From the human T2T-CHM13v2.0 reference genome, Homo sapiens: DNA of 64,000 bases. Position numbers and translations under genes: made by a program. The DNA lies in assembly GCF_009914755.1 (NCBI RefSeq), contig NC_060930.1; one strand, written 5' to 3'. Position 1 is the first letter of the stretch; every line of letters begins with the position of its first letter. The notes below the pieces were generated by a model that searched no databases, had not been told where the DNA came from, and worked only from the letters and a program-made list of their open reading frames with translations. Below are positions 1 through 11,799 of the stretch, in pieces.

Positions 1-297
1 ACATCCTAAGTGAAAGAAGCCAGATGCAAATGAGTACATACTATATGGTTCCATTTATATAAAATTTAGAAAAGGCAAAACCACAGCGACAGACAGAGGA
101 GTGTTGCCAGCGCCAGGGTTGGAGGTTGGGGGGACAGTGGCTGTAAAGGGACAGAAGGAAATTCGGGAAATGACGGAAATGTTCCATATGTTGATTGTAG
201 TGGTGATTTCATGACTATAAAGTTACATTTGCCAATTTGTAACACTACAGTGAAAATTGATGAATTCTCTTACACATAAATTATACCTCAATTAAGC
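1..297 (+). mobile_element. Old L1M (L1MC/MD/ME-type) 3' UTR fragment
   Basis: CTAAGTGAAAGAAGCCAGA...ATGGTTCCATTTATAT...AAATTATACCTCAAT are typical L1M 3'-end motifs. Confidence 0.8.
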
Positions 298-857
298 AAA
301 TTTTGCTTGAAGCAATAAATCATTTGTAGGAATTTAGCTTAGCCACAGGTTGACCATTAACTATTTCACCATTCACCTCCTTTGAGAACTTCCAACTTCT
401 TCTGAATAAACCTTGGGACTTAAGGAGAACCTGCAACAAATCCAGCTGAATCTCTGCACTCCCGTAAAGAGACCTGGCAGGTGAGCTTCAGGGTGACATT
501 TATATAATGTGTGTATATATATGTGCCTATGTATATATGTATTTCATAAAACTGCTTATCAAATGACATAAGTTGTGGCATAGTTGTTCATCAAATCACT
601 TTAAAATTTTCCAAATCTTATTTTTAGAAAATTGCTGGTGTGATTTATTTTTGTTTGACAAGATTGACAGTAGCCAAGTGGTGTTCTATCTGAAGTCTGA
701 TTTGACATCAGGAATGGCATCCAGCTCTTTCCCTGGTGAACAGCCATGAGGCCACATGGCCAGCATGCACTTGAATATGAAGGGCGAGATGTCCATTCCT
801 CATGCTGCCAGCCTGTTCCTGTGTTGCCACCTCAGGCCTTGTCACCTCTCCCCTTGG

Positions 858-872
858 TGCCACCAGGTGGCA
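858..872 (+). promoter_or_regulatory. Candidate CTCF motif
   Basis: TGCCACCAGGTGGCA matches the CTCF core CCASYAGRKGGCR; motif match only. Confidence 0.35.
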
Positions 873-1230
873 TTATTGGGTGACTTGTACCCATAAGCAG
901 ATTTTTCTCATCTAGTAGGGAAACATTTCAATATTTTGACAACTGGGGCATCCATGCTGATCTTCTTCCTGCAGGATCCTCGCTGGCTCAACTGCAGCAG
1001 CTTCTGCCCCTCCACATCTTTCCACATTTCTGGCTGTGAATGACCTACAGACGCTTTTCATCATCCTGACCCTATTAGCCAAGTCTCTTCTTGGTCTACA
1101 TAATCCTGATCCTAATCAGCCCTTTTTTTATTTTAGTCATTCTGTCCCAATGTAAAATTACCATAAGAAAGCTATCATATTCACATCAAGGACACTCTGT
1201 CTTAGCTAAAGTGTGGTATCATGGAGTCAT

Positions 1231-1770
1231 GCAGGTAGTTGGGGTTGTTCTAAAACATGTCCACACATCCCTGGACAGCTCTCATCAAAAGATGGAATCT
1301 AACTCCCCTCCCTCTGAATATGGGCTGGACTTAGTGACTTGTTGGTAACACATAGAATGTAGTAGAATTGTGTGTGACTTCTGTGGCTGGGTAATAAAAG
1401 AGATGTAATTCTTTTCAGCAGTCTCTCTCAGAACATGTCCCTTGGGAGCTCCAAGTCAACCTGCAACAAATCCAGAAGCTTCCTTGCCTGAGAGACCACA
1501 TGGAAAGGTTGTGTATAGAGAGAAATGCCTGGGTAGCTGCAGCTACTGAACCTTCTCCCCATCAACCACTAGACACAGGGCATGAGTGAGTCTGTGGGTG
1601 ACTTCAGCTCCCAGCTTCAGAGCTTCCCCAGACCAGGCCAAGTGAAGCAGAGATGAGCTGTCCCCAGTGAGCCCTGCCCAAACTGCAGATTTGTGAGCAG
1701 AATTTATGTTATTGTTTTAAGCCACCAAGTTTTGTGATGGTTTGTTACATAGCATTAGATAACTGGAACA
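1231..1770 (+). mobile_element. MLT1 (G/H-like) MaLR solo LTR
   Basis: Ends with the MLT1 terminus GCCCTGCCCAAACTGCAGATTTGTGAGC...TTTTAAGCCACCAAGTTTTG...TTTGTTACATAGCATTAGATAACTGGAACA. Confidence 0.8.
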
Positions 1771-2384
1771 GTTGCGGAGGGTACCAATTCTACTGGTTGT
1801 CGAAAACAGCCACAGCACCTTCCTTGTCTCACAAAACAGTATTATTAATGCTCTTTATCCATGGTCTAAAAACACAGCCTCAGTTTACTACAGGGTTGAG
1901 AGGATCTCACACTGGGATGTTTGATACAAAGGATCAAATACACTATACTCTAATTCTGTATAGTTTTGTCTGCTAGTCATCATCATCTAAGGTTTGTGGT
2001 GCCATTCCAGGCCTCAAACAGGAACATTGGAGAGATAAAATAATTGGAGAGATAAAATAATTGGATAGACATGTATCTCCTTGGGTGCCTGGTAGGTAAA
2101 AGAGTCTGAATCCTTATTTTCTAGGTGAACTCACCATCTTTGGAGTCACCTGATGTCTATAGCTCTTGTTGGGTAAGGGTGAAGATTGCACTGTGAGAGC
2201 CTCAACAATGAACACTAATATGATTTGGGAACAAGATATACAAGAAGAGATAGACTATGAACCACCTTCAGATACAGAATAAGAACAAAAAAAGAGAAAA
2301 CAAAATACAGGTTTCTGAATCTGTCATGAGGCATAACAAGACCTAGGCCATCTGGTGACCAAAGAATTAAAGACTGAGGGTCCT

Positions 2385-3349
2385 CAAAAACTCTATTGAA
2401 AAAGAAGCACAAAATTAGAGGACTCACATGTGCTGATTTCAACTTACTACAAAGCTACAGTACTAAGTACTTGTATTGGCACAAAGATAGACATAGATGA
2501 ATAGAATAGAACTGTGATTCCAGAAATATATCCTTTGTTCAATTGGTCTTTGATACACCAAGATAATTCAGTAGGGAAAAGAACAGTCTTTCAATAAATG
2601 GTGCTGGGGACAACTGGACATCCACATGCCAAAGTATGAAGCTGGATGCTTACCTAACGCTATGCACAAACATTAACTCAAAATTAATTAACATTCTAAT
2701 GTGACAGCTAAAACCATAAAGCCCTTGAGGGAAACATAGCAATAACTATTCAAGACCTTAGATTAGGCAATGCATTCTTAAACACCAAAAGAAAAAATAT
2801 AGGTAAATTGGATTTCACCAAAATGAAAAACTTTTTTGCTTCAATAGATGACATCAAAGAAGTAAAAAGACAACATACGCAATGGGAGAAAATATTTGCA
2901 AATCATAGATCTGATGAGAGACATGTATCTAGAATATATTAAGAACTCTTACAATTCAATAAGAAAAACAAAATCCCCAATTACAAAATGGGCAAAGGAT
3001 TTGAGTGGCATTTTCTCCAAAGAAGATATGGAAGTGGACAATAAGTACATGAAAAGATACTCCGCATCATTAGTCATTAGGGAAATGTACATCAAAGCCA
3101 CAATGAGATACCACCTCACACACATCAGAATGGCTGTATTTAAAAAGACAGACAATAACAAGTCTTGGCAAGGATGTTGGGAAATTGGAGCCCTCCTTGC
3201 TGATGGAAATGTAAACCGGTGCAGCCACTTTGGAAAATATCTGGCAGTTCTTTGGACGTTAAACACATAGTTATCACTTGACCCAGCAATCCTAAGTGAA
3301 CATCCAAGAGAAATGAAAACATATTTCCACACAAAAACATGTACAGGAA
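2385..3349 (+). mobile_element. L1MB-type ORF2 3' fragment (left part, interrupted by ERVL)
   Basis: ORF 2896-3270 gives decayed ORF2p C-terminal peptide (PITKWAKDL...FSKEDM...SLVIREM.IKATMRYHL); frame broken by stops. Confidence 0.9.
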
Positions 3350-5075
3350 TGAGATGATTTGGGTGTCAACTTTAATGGATTAGGAATACCCAGATGGTTG
3401 GCAAAGAATTATTTTCAATGATTTGGTAGGCACTGAGCCAGGAAGGGCGAATTCTTGCTCTCTCTTCTGCCCTTGGATGTCAGAACTCCAGGTTCTCTGG
3501 CCTTTCATGATACTCCATACAGCACTGCTTCTGACCACCACTCACCATCCATCACCCCTAGTGACCTGCTAGAGGAGTTATTACTTCCTATTTCCAACTT
3601 TATGCTCTGCTGGCCTAGAGGTCTTCCTTCCATAGGGAGAAATGCTACCACCAGGAGATACAACAATAATTCAACTGAACTGGAAGTTAAGATGCTATCT
3701 GACCACTTTGGGCTTCTCATGCCTCAGAGTCATGCTAAGAAGGGAGTCAAAGTGTTGGCTGTCTGACCTGATACCAAGAAGAAATTGGCCTACTCCTTCA
3801 CAAGGGAGAAATAGGAGATCCTCTAGGGCATCTCTTGGTGTTACCATGCCTGTGATTCTGGTCAATGGGAAATGACCACAACCCAATCCAGGCAGGCTAT
3901 GAATGTCCCAGGCCTTTCAGGTATGAAGGTTTGGGTCACCCTGCCAGGTACAGCACGGCAACCAGCTGAGGTCTTGCTGCAGGCAAACAGAACACAGCAG
4001 GTGGTAGAAGGTCATTAGGAGCACCAGCTACACCCACGGGACCAGTTACAGAATCAAAGGCTGCCACTGCCATGAGTGTTTTCTCCCTGTGTTGCTACGA
4101 ATATGTTTGCATGTAAATATACATATATTAGGCAAATTTTTCTTCTTTTCTATCTTACTCCTTTATCATATGAGATGTATTGAGTTTGCATCAGTATTTA
4201 AGTATTGTTAATTTTACACCATAGTGTTTAAGTTACAGGAGAGGAGTAAATGTCACTCAAGGACTTCACTTCCTCCTCTGGGGAAGGAATTAGTGTGTTT
4301 TTATTGTACGAATTGTATCATGCTAGGTGGAACTATGACCTTGTCATTATCTTTTTAAGAGATTAAATATGGTTTAAGGAGATGCATGTGGGTGCCAAGT
4401 TGACAAGGGGTGGACTTGTGATGGTTGATTATAAGTGTCAACCTGACTGGATCAAGAGATGCCCAGGTAGCTGGGAGGCCATTGATCATCCTCAGTACTC
4501 CAGGAGGCACTGAGCCCATCCCTCTTCTGCCAAAAGAGAAACCTAGGAAGATTGGCATTTGATTAGAATGATTGATCTGTCCAAGGTATGTCTGTGAGGG
4601 TGTTTCTGGGGGAGACTGAGGTGTGAGTTGTTGGACTGAGTGGGGAAGGTCCACCTGCATTGATCTGCCCTCAATGATCTGGGCTAAAGGCCTGGATGGA
4701 ACAAAGGTAGAGGAAGACTGAATTCTTGTTTTCTCTCGGGGAGCTGGGACCCCTTCTTCTCTTGCCCTGGATGTCAGAACCCCTGGTTCTCTGACCTTTG
4801 GACTCTGGGACTTAACACAGTGACCCCCTGGGCTCTTGAGCCTTTGGTGTCAGATTGAGAGTTACACTATCAGCTTTCTTGATTCTGAAGACTTCAGACT
4901 TGGACTGAACCACTCTACCAGCTTCCCTGGTTCTCCAGCTTGCAGATGACCTGTCATGGGACTTCTCAGCCTCCAAAATTGCATGAGCTAATTCCGCTAA
5001 AAAATCCCTTCTTATCTTTCTCTCTGTACATGCATCCTATTGGCTCTGTGTCTAAGAAGAGCACATACTAAAACA
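3350..5075 (+). mobile_element. Internally deleted ERVL provirus with MLT2 (MLT2B3-like) LTRs
   Basis: Partial 5' LTR 3350-~3505; internal remnant; PPT GACAAGGGGTGGACT; 3' LTR 4417-5075 (TGTGATGGTT...CTAAAACA); 5 bp TSD AGGAA (3345-3349) / AAGAA (5076-5080). Confidence 0.85.
3540..3900 (+). pseudogene. ERVL dUTPase remnant (frameshifted)
   Basis: Peptides MLPPGDTTIIQLNWKLR and HFGLLMPQSHAKKGVKVLA lie in different frames and resemble the ERVL dUTPase located after the integrase. Confidence 0.75.
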
Positions 5076-5702
5076 AAGAATGTCATAGGGAACTATTCAA
5101 AATAGCCCAAAATGGAAACTACCCAAATGCCCATCAACTGATGAAAGGACATAAGGTGGGACACACACACACACAAACACAAACACACCCAACATACACA
5201 AAAATACAAAAACACAAACACACACACACAAACACATACACACAAACATACAAACATACATACACACACACAAACAAAAAACAAAAAAACACATAAAAAT
5301 ACAAAGACACAAACACATAAAACACACAAAAATACAAAAACACAAATGCACACACAAACACACGCAATGGAATATTATTCAGCCATTACAAAGAAATGAT
5401 GTGTGAATCTATGAATTATTTAAAAAAGGAAAAGAAAGAATGAATTACAAACACATGCTACATGCATGAACCTGAAAAAATTAAGTGAAAGAGCCACAAA
5501 AGACCAATGTTGCATTGTTCTGTTTATGTGAAATGTACAGAAAGTGAAAACCTGTAGAAATAAAAGTGGATTAGGGTTGCCAGGGGAGGAGAGAAGAGGA
5601 AGCAGGAAGTAACTGCTAATAACAGCTTGATTTCTTTTCGTATGTTAAAAACACAGAATTGTATGCATTTAAAGTATATCTCAATAAATCTGTTAAGAAA
5701 AA
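5076..5702 (+). mobile_element. L1MB 3' end (continuation of the 2385-3349 element)
   Basis: Resumes at the L1 position where it was interrupted (GAATGTCATAG...CCCAAATGCCCATCAACTGATGAA); ends TATATCTCAATAAATCTGTTAAGAAAAA. Confidence 0.85.
5161..5365. repeat. CA/AAAC-rich compound microsatellite inside L1
   Basis: Directly visible low-complexity A/C tract. Confidence 0.95.
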
Positions 5703-5754
5703 CCTCGTTGAATGGCATTTGTTAAATTCAAAACCATTTATAGACGAGAATTGC

Positions 5755-5990
5755 CGCTGCTGTGCTTTCAGGAGTACAAGTGTTCCACCAAATGTTAATA
5801 CGCGTTTTGCAAGAAAAGAGCTCCATGCGAGTAAGTTTGGGAAGTGCTGGGTTAAAAACGACAAGCAAGTTTCTTTAGTGCAATCACGGAAGAGTGTTCA
5901 CTGTGCTAACGTGAACTGCAGCCTCCAGGGTGAGGGAGGGAGGGGCCGGCAGTAGTCTTGCTCCACATACACGATTTGGGTAGAGTTTTG
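5755..5990 (+). mobile_element. hAT-Charlie (Charlie4-like) DNA transposon remnant
   Basis: GTAAGTTTGGGAAGTGCTGGGTTAAA...AAGTTTCTTTAGTGCA resembles the Charlie4a consensus. Confidence 0.5.
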
Positions 5991-7036
5991 CAGAAAGACG
6001 CAAATTCACAGGGAACTTGGGTGAAGGGGGGTGGCTGTGTGTTTGGCTTTCACTTGGACAAGCCTCCTTTTCCCTCCCACAGAGCTGGCTGCTGCTGCCA
6101 AGGCCCCAAGGAGGCTTTCAGGTGAGGGGGCGTGGAGGGGAGGGCCACCTCAGCCCTCAGGATTGGGTGGGCTGGGGCTGAGGACACAAGAGCAGAGTTT
6201 TGGGTGGCAAGTGTTGATGCAGGATGGAAACAAATTTGGCTGTCCTGAGGGTCCAGACCTCACTCAGCAGCGGACCAGGGTCTCTGAAGCCCCACCAGCA
6301 TCACCCAGAGCTAATGGCAACCTCCTCAAGGCACCCATACCCAGCCAGCAACCAACAGGGCTGCTGACCTCCGGCCTCAGCCGACCCTACCAGCCAGGCC
6401 TTGCTGAGCCACGCCCACTTCACCTGTGTTCAGTTGCTTCCGGCAGGAGGGGACGCTGGGGTCCGCTTTTGCAGGTCATGCCACCGAATTCAAATGTGGT
6501 ATCCGTTTTGTGTTTTCAGTCGTCCCTGCATTTTCTTCGTCTGAAATCAGGACGCTAAGTAGCTACAGCTGCATGTGCCGCCTTTGAGAAAATCTCATCC
6601 TGAACTCGAGAACACAGACTCAACAGGCAGACGGCCGGGAAGCTACAAGGCAGCGCCTCACAACACTCTCTTCTTTTTCATTCTACTAAAAGTTGCTCTC
6701 AAATCCTACTGGACAGAAAGTCCTAAAGCATTCCAAATGTTGCTCCATTTCCAAAAGTGCCGGCGCTGCCTCCTTGGGATCAGAGGCCTTCTGCGCTTGA
6801 GCTTGGCACCTGCCCTGGGCCCCAGTGGACGGGTCCTTCCTCTTGGACCACTGGCCCCATGCATTGTCCATCCTCAACACCTTCCCTGTGGTGCCCAGAG
6901 GCAGCGTCCAGGAGCACACCCAGGTGCCCAGCCGGACCCCGGAGCTCCCTTTGAACAGGCACCTTCTGGGGCTGGGGCCCCCATGTCTGGGGGGGAATAG
7001 GGGGCTGGGGCCCGTGTCTAGGGAGTTATGGGACCT

Positions 7037-7358
7037 TGCATCTGAGGGGGTGTGGTGGGGGGCTGGGCCCTGCATCTGAGGGGGTGTGGTGGGGGGCTGG
7101 GCCCTGCATCTGAGGGGGTGTGGTGGGGGGCTGGGGCCTGCATCTGAGAGGGTTCTGGTGGGGGACTGGGCCCTGCATCTGAGGGGGTGTGGTGGGTGGC
7201 TGGGCCCTGCATTTGAGGGGGTGTGGTGGGGGACTGCAGCCCTGCATCTGAGGGGGTGTGGTGGGGGGCTGGGCCCTGTATCTGAGAGGGTTGTGGTGGG
7301 GGGCTAGACCCTGCATCTGAGAGGGTTATGGTTGGGGGCTGGGGTCTGCATCTGAGGG
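7037..7358. repeat. G-rich minisatellite, 34-35 bp unit, ~9.5 copies
   Basis: Unit TGCATCTGAGGGGGTGTGGTGGGGGGCTGGGCCC at 7037, 7071, 7105 and onward. Confidence 0.95.
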
Positions 7359-8229
7359 CCATGGGACCTGGGTTTGTGGCTGCTGGTTCGCCTCTGGGCT
7401 CTGCTGCTTCTCACAGTAGTCGCTGAGCCATCGCGGGTCCTGATGTCTCACGGGAGAAGCAGGCCTGGGCAGGTGGCACCTTTGGGAGAAAGCGAAGGGC
7501 AGCCTGGGCTGGAGGCTGCACCCAGGCACTGTGGTCAGTGGCTGGGGAATGAGACACGGCCCTCCTGGGCCCCGTGTCCCTTGTGGTGGGGTCTGAGTGC
7601 CTACTTCTCTCACCATGGCCCTCGGGGTCCCGTGCCTCTGCGGCCTGAGCCTGCGGTGGGTCCTGGCGCAGCACCTGGACACGGGCCTCCCTGCCTGAGG
7701 CCTCCTTCCTTCCTTTTCACCCCCCTGAGCCTCCTTGCCCTTGGCTGGCTGAGCCGGCACATCCCCGTGGCGCCTCTGCACCTCCCCCGAGATCATTCTG
7801 CCAGCACGGTCCTCACTGCACCCTCCGGTCCTCCCTGCACCCTACGGCCCTCCCCTGAGATTATTTCGCCAGCCCGATCCTGCACCCTCCCGGCTGCCAC
7901 TGCCCCTCCCCAGGGAGGCCGCCACAGATGCAATGGCCGGCTCAGGTTGGCTCCTCAGTGGTTGAAAGTGGTTTTGTTTTTGGTGGAACTTGGGGGCAGT
8001 GAGAGGCTTGAGATTATTCGTTGAGATAGTTTTCCAGAAAGAAAAAAATGTCACAGATAATTGGTTCTTTGCACTTGTAATATAAACGCAGTAATCTTTA
8101 TTCTAACTTTTGCTAGAGAAATTGAAGTCGATGATAGCCCCTTTCAATTTTAAGCAGGAACCAAAGTCAACAGAAATTCTGAGTCATAGAATCAGGCCAA
8201 CTGACATAAAGAAAAAAAAAAAACCTGGG

Positions 8230-8910
8230 TCACTCACAACCACTAGGATGGCAGAAAGACAGGAAGAAAGAGAATGAAAAAAAAAATAAGACGTTATGGC
8301 AAAAGGATCCAGAGAAATTTGGGACCCTTGAGCATTGCTCGTGAGAACCATTGTGGAAACGATAGAGGGGCTCCCCAAGAGTTCATTACAGCAAATGGAC
8401 TTAGCATGCGATCCAGCAGCTCCACTCCTACAACTGAAGACACAGACTCCAGCAAATACTTGTTCATACATGTTCATAATATCATTCGTTACAGTGGCCA
8501 GAAGGTGGGAACAGCCCAAATGTCCATCAACAGATGGACGAGCAAAATGCGGTCCATCCATGAGATGGAATATTACTCGGCCCTAAACAACAGTGAAGAA
8601 GTACTTGTAAGACCTTGACAACATGCATGAACCTTGAAGACGTTAAGCTTGTGGAAGAAGCCAGATACACAGGACCACGTGTTGTGTGGTTCCATTCATA
8701 CAAAATGCCCAGGACAGGCAAATCTATGGAGGCAAAGTAGGTTGCTACTTGCCAGCCTGGAGGATCAGGGGGTGAGGAGAAACTGTGCAGGGAGTTCAGA
8801 GCCTCCTCTGGAGTCGGGGAAGCGTTCTGGACTAGATGGAGGTGGGACACACCGAACCGTTCACTTCCACATGCTCCACGTTACAGTTGTGAATTTCACT
8901 GCAATAAATT
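8230..8910 (+). mobile_element. L1MB 3' end fragment
   Basis: CAGCCCAAATGTCCATCAACAGATGGA...GGAATATTACTCGGCC...ATGAACCTTGAAGAC...GGCAAATCTATGGAG; ends AATAAA. Confidence 0.85.
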
Positions 8911-11448
8911 AGGGTTATTTTAAATACTTGGGCCAAACCTCAGATTTGCTGATCATTAATCCGTGGCTTTGGGAGCCACTGAGACTTGGCTGTGCTGAGT
9001 CCCCTCCTCTGCAAGTTGGAAGAAAAACTCTTCCCGGAGGATGGTTCAGACAAGTAAGTCAAAGCGTGAACACACCAGCAGAGCACCTGCCCTATACCTG
9101 CATGGTACCTGAGCATGAAAGACGTTCAAGAACATTCTCTTCCGTCCTCTGAGTCACTAGCAGATGGCCTGTTTCCTGCTGAAAGAAGCACCTGGTACTT
9201 GGTGTTTACGAACTCCACTCAGTAAGCGGATCAGTAGCAACAAGGGCACTTTGGCCGTCAGACGCAGAAGTAGCGTTTTCCTCCAGAACACCACCTGTGG
9301 TTGGGACAGTGCCGTGCAGCCCCAGCATGTCTGTGACGCACACCTCCTGCCTGCGGGGTGGTCCCCCTCCCGCCACCCGGTTCTTCCGGGTTTTTGAGCC
9401 CTGCCCTCAGCTTCCCCTCCTTCCTCCTCTCCCCGATTTTCCAGCCCTGCCCTCGGCTTCCCCTCCTCCCTCCTCTCCCCCTGGCACCGTTAAAACATTC
9501 ATGCTGGGCCAGATCATGCTTTTTGACAATGTCTAACGAGCTAGCAGTGAATGATAAATCTGCCGGGCCGCCTCTGTGTCTCAAAGCCACTAGGATCTGC
9601 AGCTGTTTCAAGAGCACAGAACAAGAAAGCCTCCAGGAAAGGGGGAAAGAGCGGCATCTGAGCTTGGAGGAAGTCATTTCTGTGAAAATCTTTTAATGCA
9701 ACAGGGAGCTAAGCAAGTGGGCTGTGTGTGCTGTGGAAGGTGGCGATGTTGGGGTCTTGCCTCCTGCAGTGGATGCCGGCGACAGGGCCTCGGGTGGCTC
9801 TCTTAGGACCCACAGGCCCTGCATCTGGATTGGTCAAGTCCCAGGGGCCAGGCCTGCCTCAGAGGTCCTGGGCATTTCACGGCTGGAGGGCACTGCGGAG
9901 GTCCATCTGCTGCCCCATGGAGGAGAGCGGGTGCTCAGACACCAATCTTGGTGCCCAATCATTTCCCCTCCTCTGACCTTGAGGGAAAAAGCCAAGATGC
10001 AGCCTCTGGACACCAACCTTGAGACATTCTCAGCTCTCAGCTCATCAGCAGAGCCTGGACTCATTACTCCAGGGAAGAAGCTCTGCTTCCGTGGGCCAGG
10101 GGTAAGGTCAGACGCAAGGGCCTGAGGCCACATGGGAGCCCAAGCAGCAGGAGGCCCCAGGCCAGTCAGAGCCCTCAGGGCCTCCCAGGGGCTGGCAGGA
10201 GCACCTGCTCAGTGGCGAGATGAATGTCCTAAAATGCTATTAACGGAGTTCAGTCTAGGGTTTAAATCAATTTGGCAAACATTTATTGAGTGCCCACTCC
10301 CAATAAGGTTCTGAAAAGGCTCTTGAAAAAATGTCTGTGCTTTTGAATTTCAAATGATTGGTTTTAGTATTAGGAGCAACAGAAATCCTGTTATCACTCA
10401 TCCAAATAATCAGAATTAATTTAGGAGTTGATGGCAAGCAGAGTCCGTTGGTAATTAGGAAACATGGAGAAATAATTAACCATGGCAAGAAATGCGGTTA
10501 CATTTAACTCCTGCGAAGTTAAAAAAGAACCATGGTACTTTTCTCTGTGAGGCTTAGCAATCCCAGTGCTGGTGAGAGTGGCGCCTGCCTGAGCCCGTGA
10601 GGAGCCCTGCGCTGTTCCCCACCCTGGGTGCCATGCTGGCCGCTGGGCCCTTCTTTCAGGGAAGCCAAGCTGGATCCCTGAGTCACTAGGGCGACTGGGT
10701 GGGGCCTTGGCCGGATGACCTCCCTTCAGAGAAGGACCAGGGCCTAACTCCATGTCTTTTGTAAATTTATTTTTTTAAGCCTGAATAGAAAATGTCTCCA
10801 TTATTCACTTTAGTTTTAAATATAGGCGCCTTCTCCCGGCTGGAATCCCCACTGCTAAGCTGGGAGGAGCCTCCAAGCTGGAGCGCTGGGCTTGTCCAGC
10901 CAGGCAGCAGACACTGTGGGGAGGCAGTGTGACATCCATCAGGGCTCTCTGTGGCAATGACACTGCATTCCTTTTAGAAAACTCCCTCTCCTCCAGTCTT
11001 CCTCCTGAAGGCCACCCCTCTCTACCAGCACTCGGCTCAGGAGGCCTGCGTGGCTCTGACTGATGCCTTTCTCGGCAGCTCTGTCCAGGGGCTAAGGGAG
11101 GTGCAGATGAGTCCCTGAGCGCCCTCATGGGGATTGGTCATTTCAGTCCCCATCCTGGGTTCCCCTGGAGGATGTGGGCTCCATGGTGCTGGGCCGTGAC
11201 TCTCTCTGCCTCAGTGCTCCCAATACCCCCAGCCGTGGACCCTGGTGAGCCCCATGCAAGTGAAGCAGCCCCTCCCAAACCCTCCATCCTTGGAACGCTG
11301 TACTGCGGCTGCCAACTCCTCTGGCCTCCACTGCAGACACACAGGGCTCCTCTCTGGAGCTGAAGCTGTACCTCCAGGAGACACTGAGTTCTAGGCTTAG
11401 CGCCATAGCGAGCCAGCCCCTTCTCCAGGATGACTGCCAGGGGGAAGT

Positions 11449-11527
11449 GTCTGTGCATGTGTGTGTTTACGTGTGTGTTTGTATGTGTGTGTGTGTGTGT
11501 GTGCATGTGCCTCTCACATGTGTCTGT
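11449..11527. repeat. (TG)n microsatellite
   Basis: Imperfect TG run with a pure core at about 11484-11503. Confidence 0.9.
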
Positions 11528-11552
11528 GATTACCACCCAGCAACTCCTAGAC

Positions 11553-11730
11553 CTGCCCTGTCCCATGGAACTTTCCGGGGTGTGGAGACGATTCTTAGCA
11601 CTGAGGGTCGCCACAGCCACGTGAGTGCTGGGACACAACCACTGCAACTGAGGAGCGGAGTTTTAATTCTGTTCACTTTAAATTAATTTAAGTAGCCACA
11701 TGTGGCTAAGGGCCCATACTGGACAGTCGG
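11553..11730 (+). mobile_element. MER3 (hAT-Charlie MITE)
   Basis: CTGTCCCATGGAACTTTC...ACTGAGGAGCGGAGTTTTAATT...TAATTTAAGTAGCCACATGTGGCTA...TACTGGACAG follows the MER3 layout. Confidence 0.75.
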
Positions 11731-11799
11731 TTCTTCAAGGAGGTGAATTTGAGATTTTCCCTCAGAAGCCTCCTCTGAGTTCTGCCTGTGCTCTCGGGG

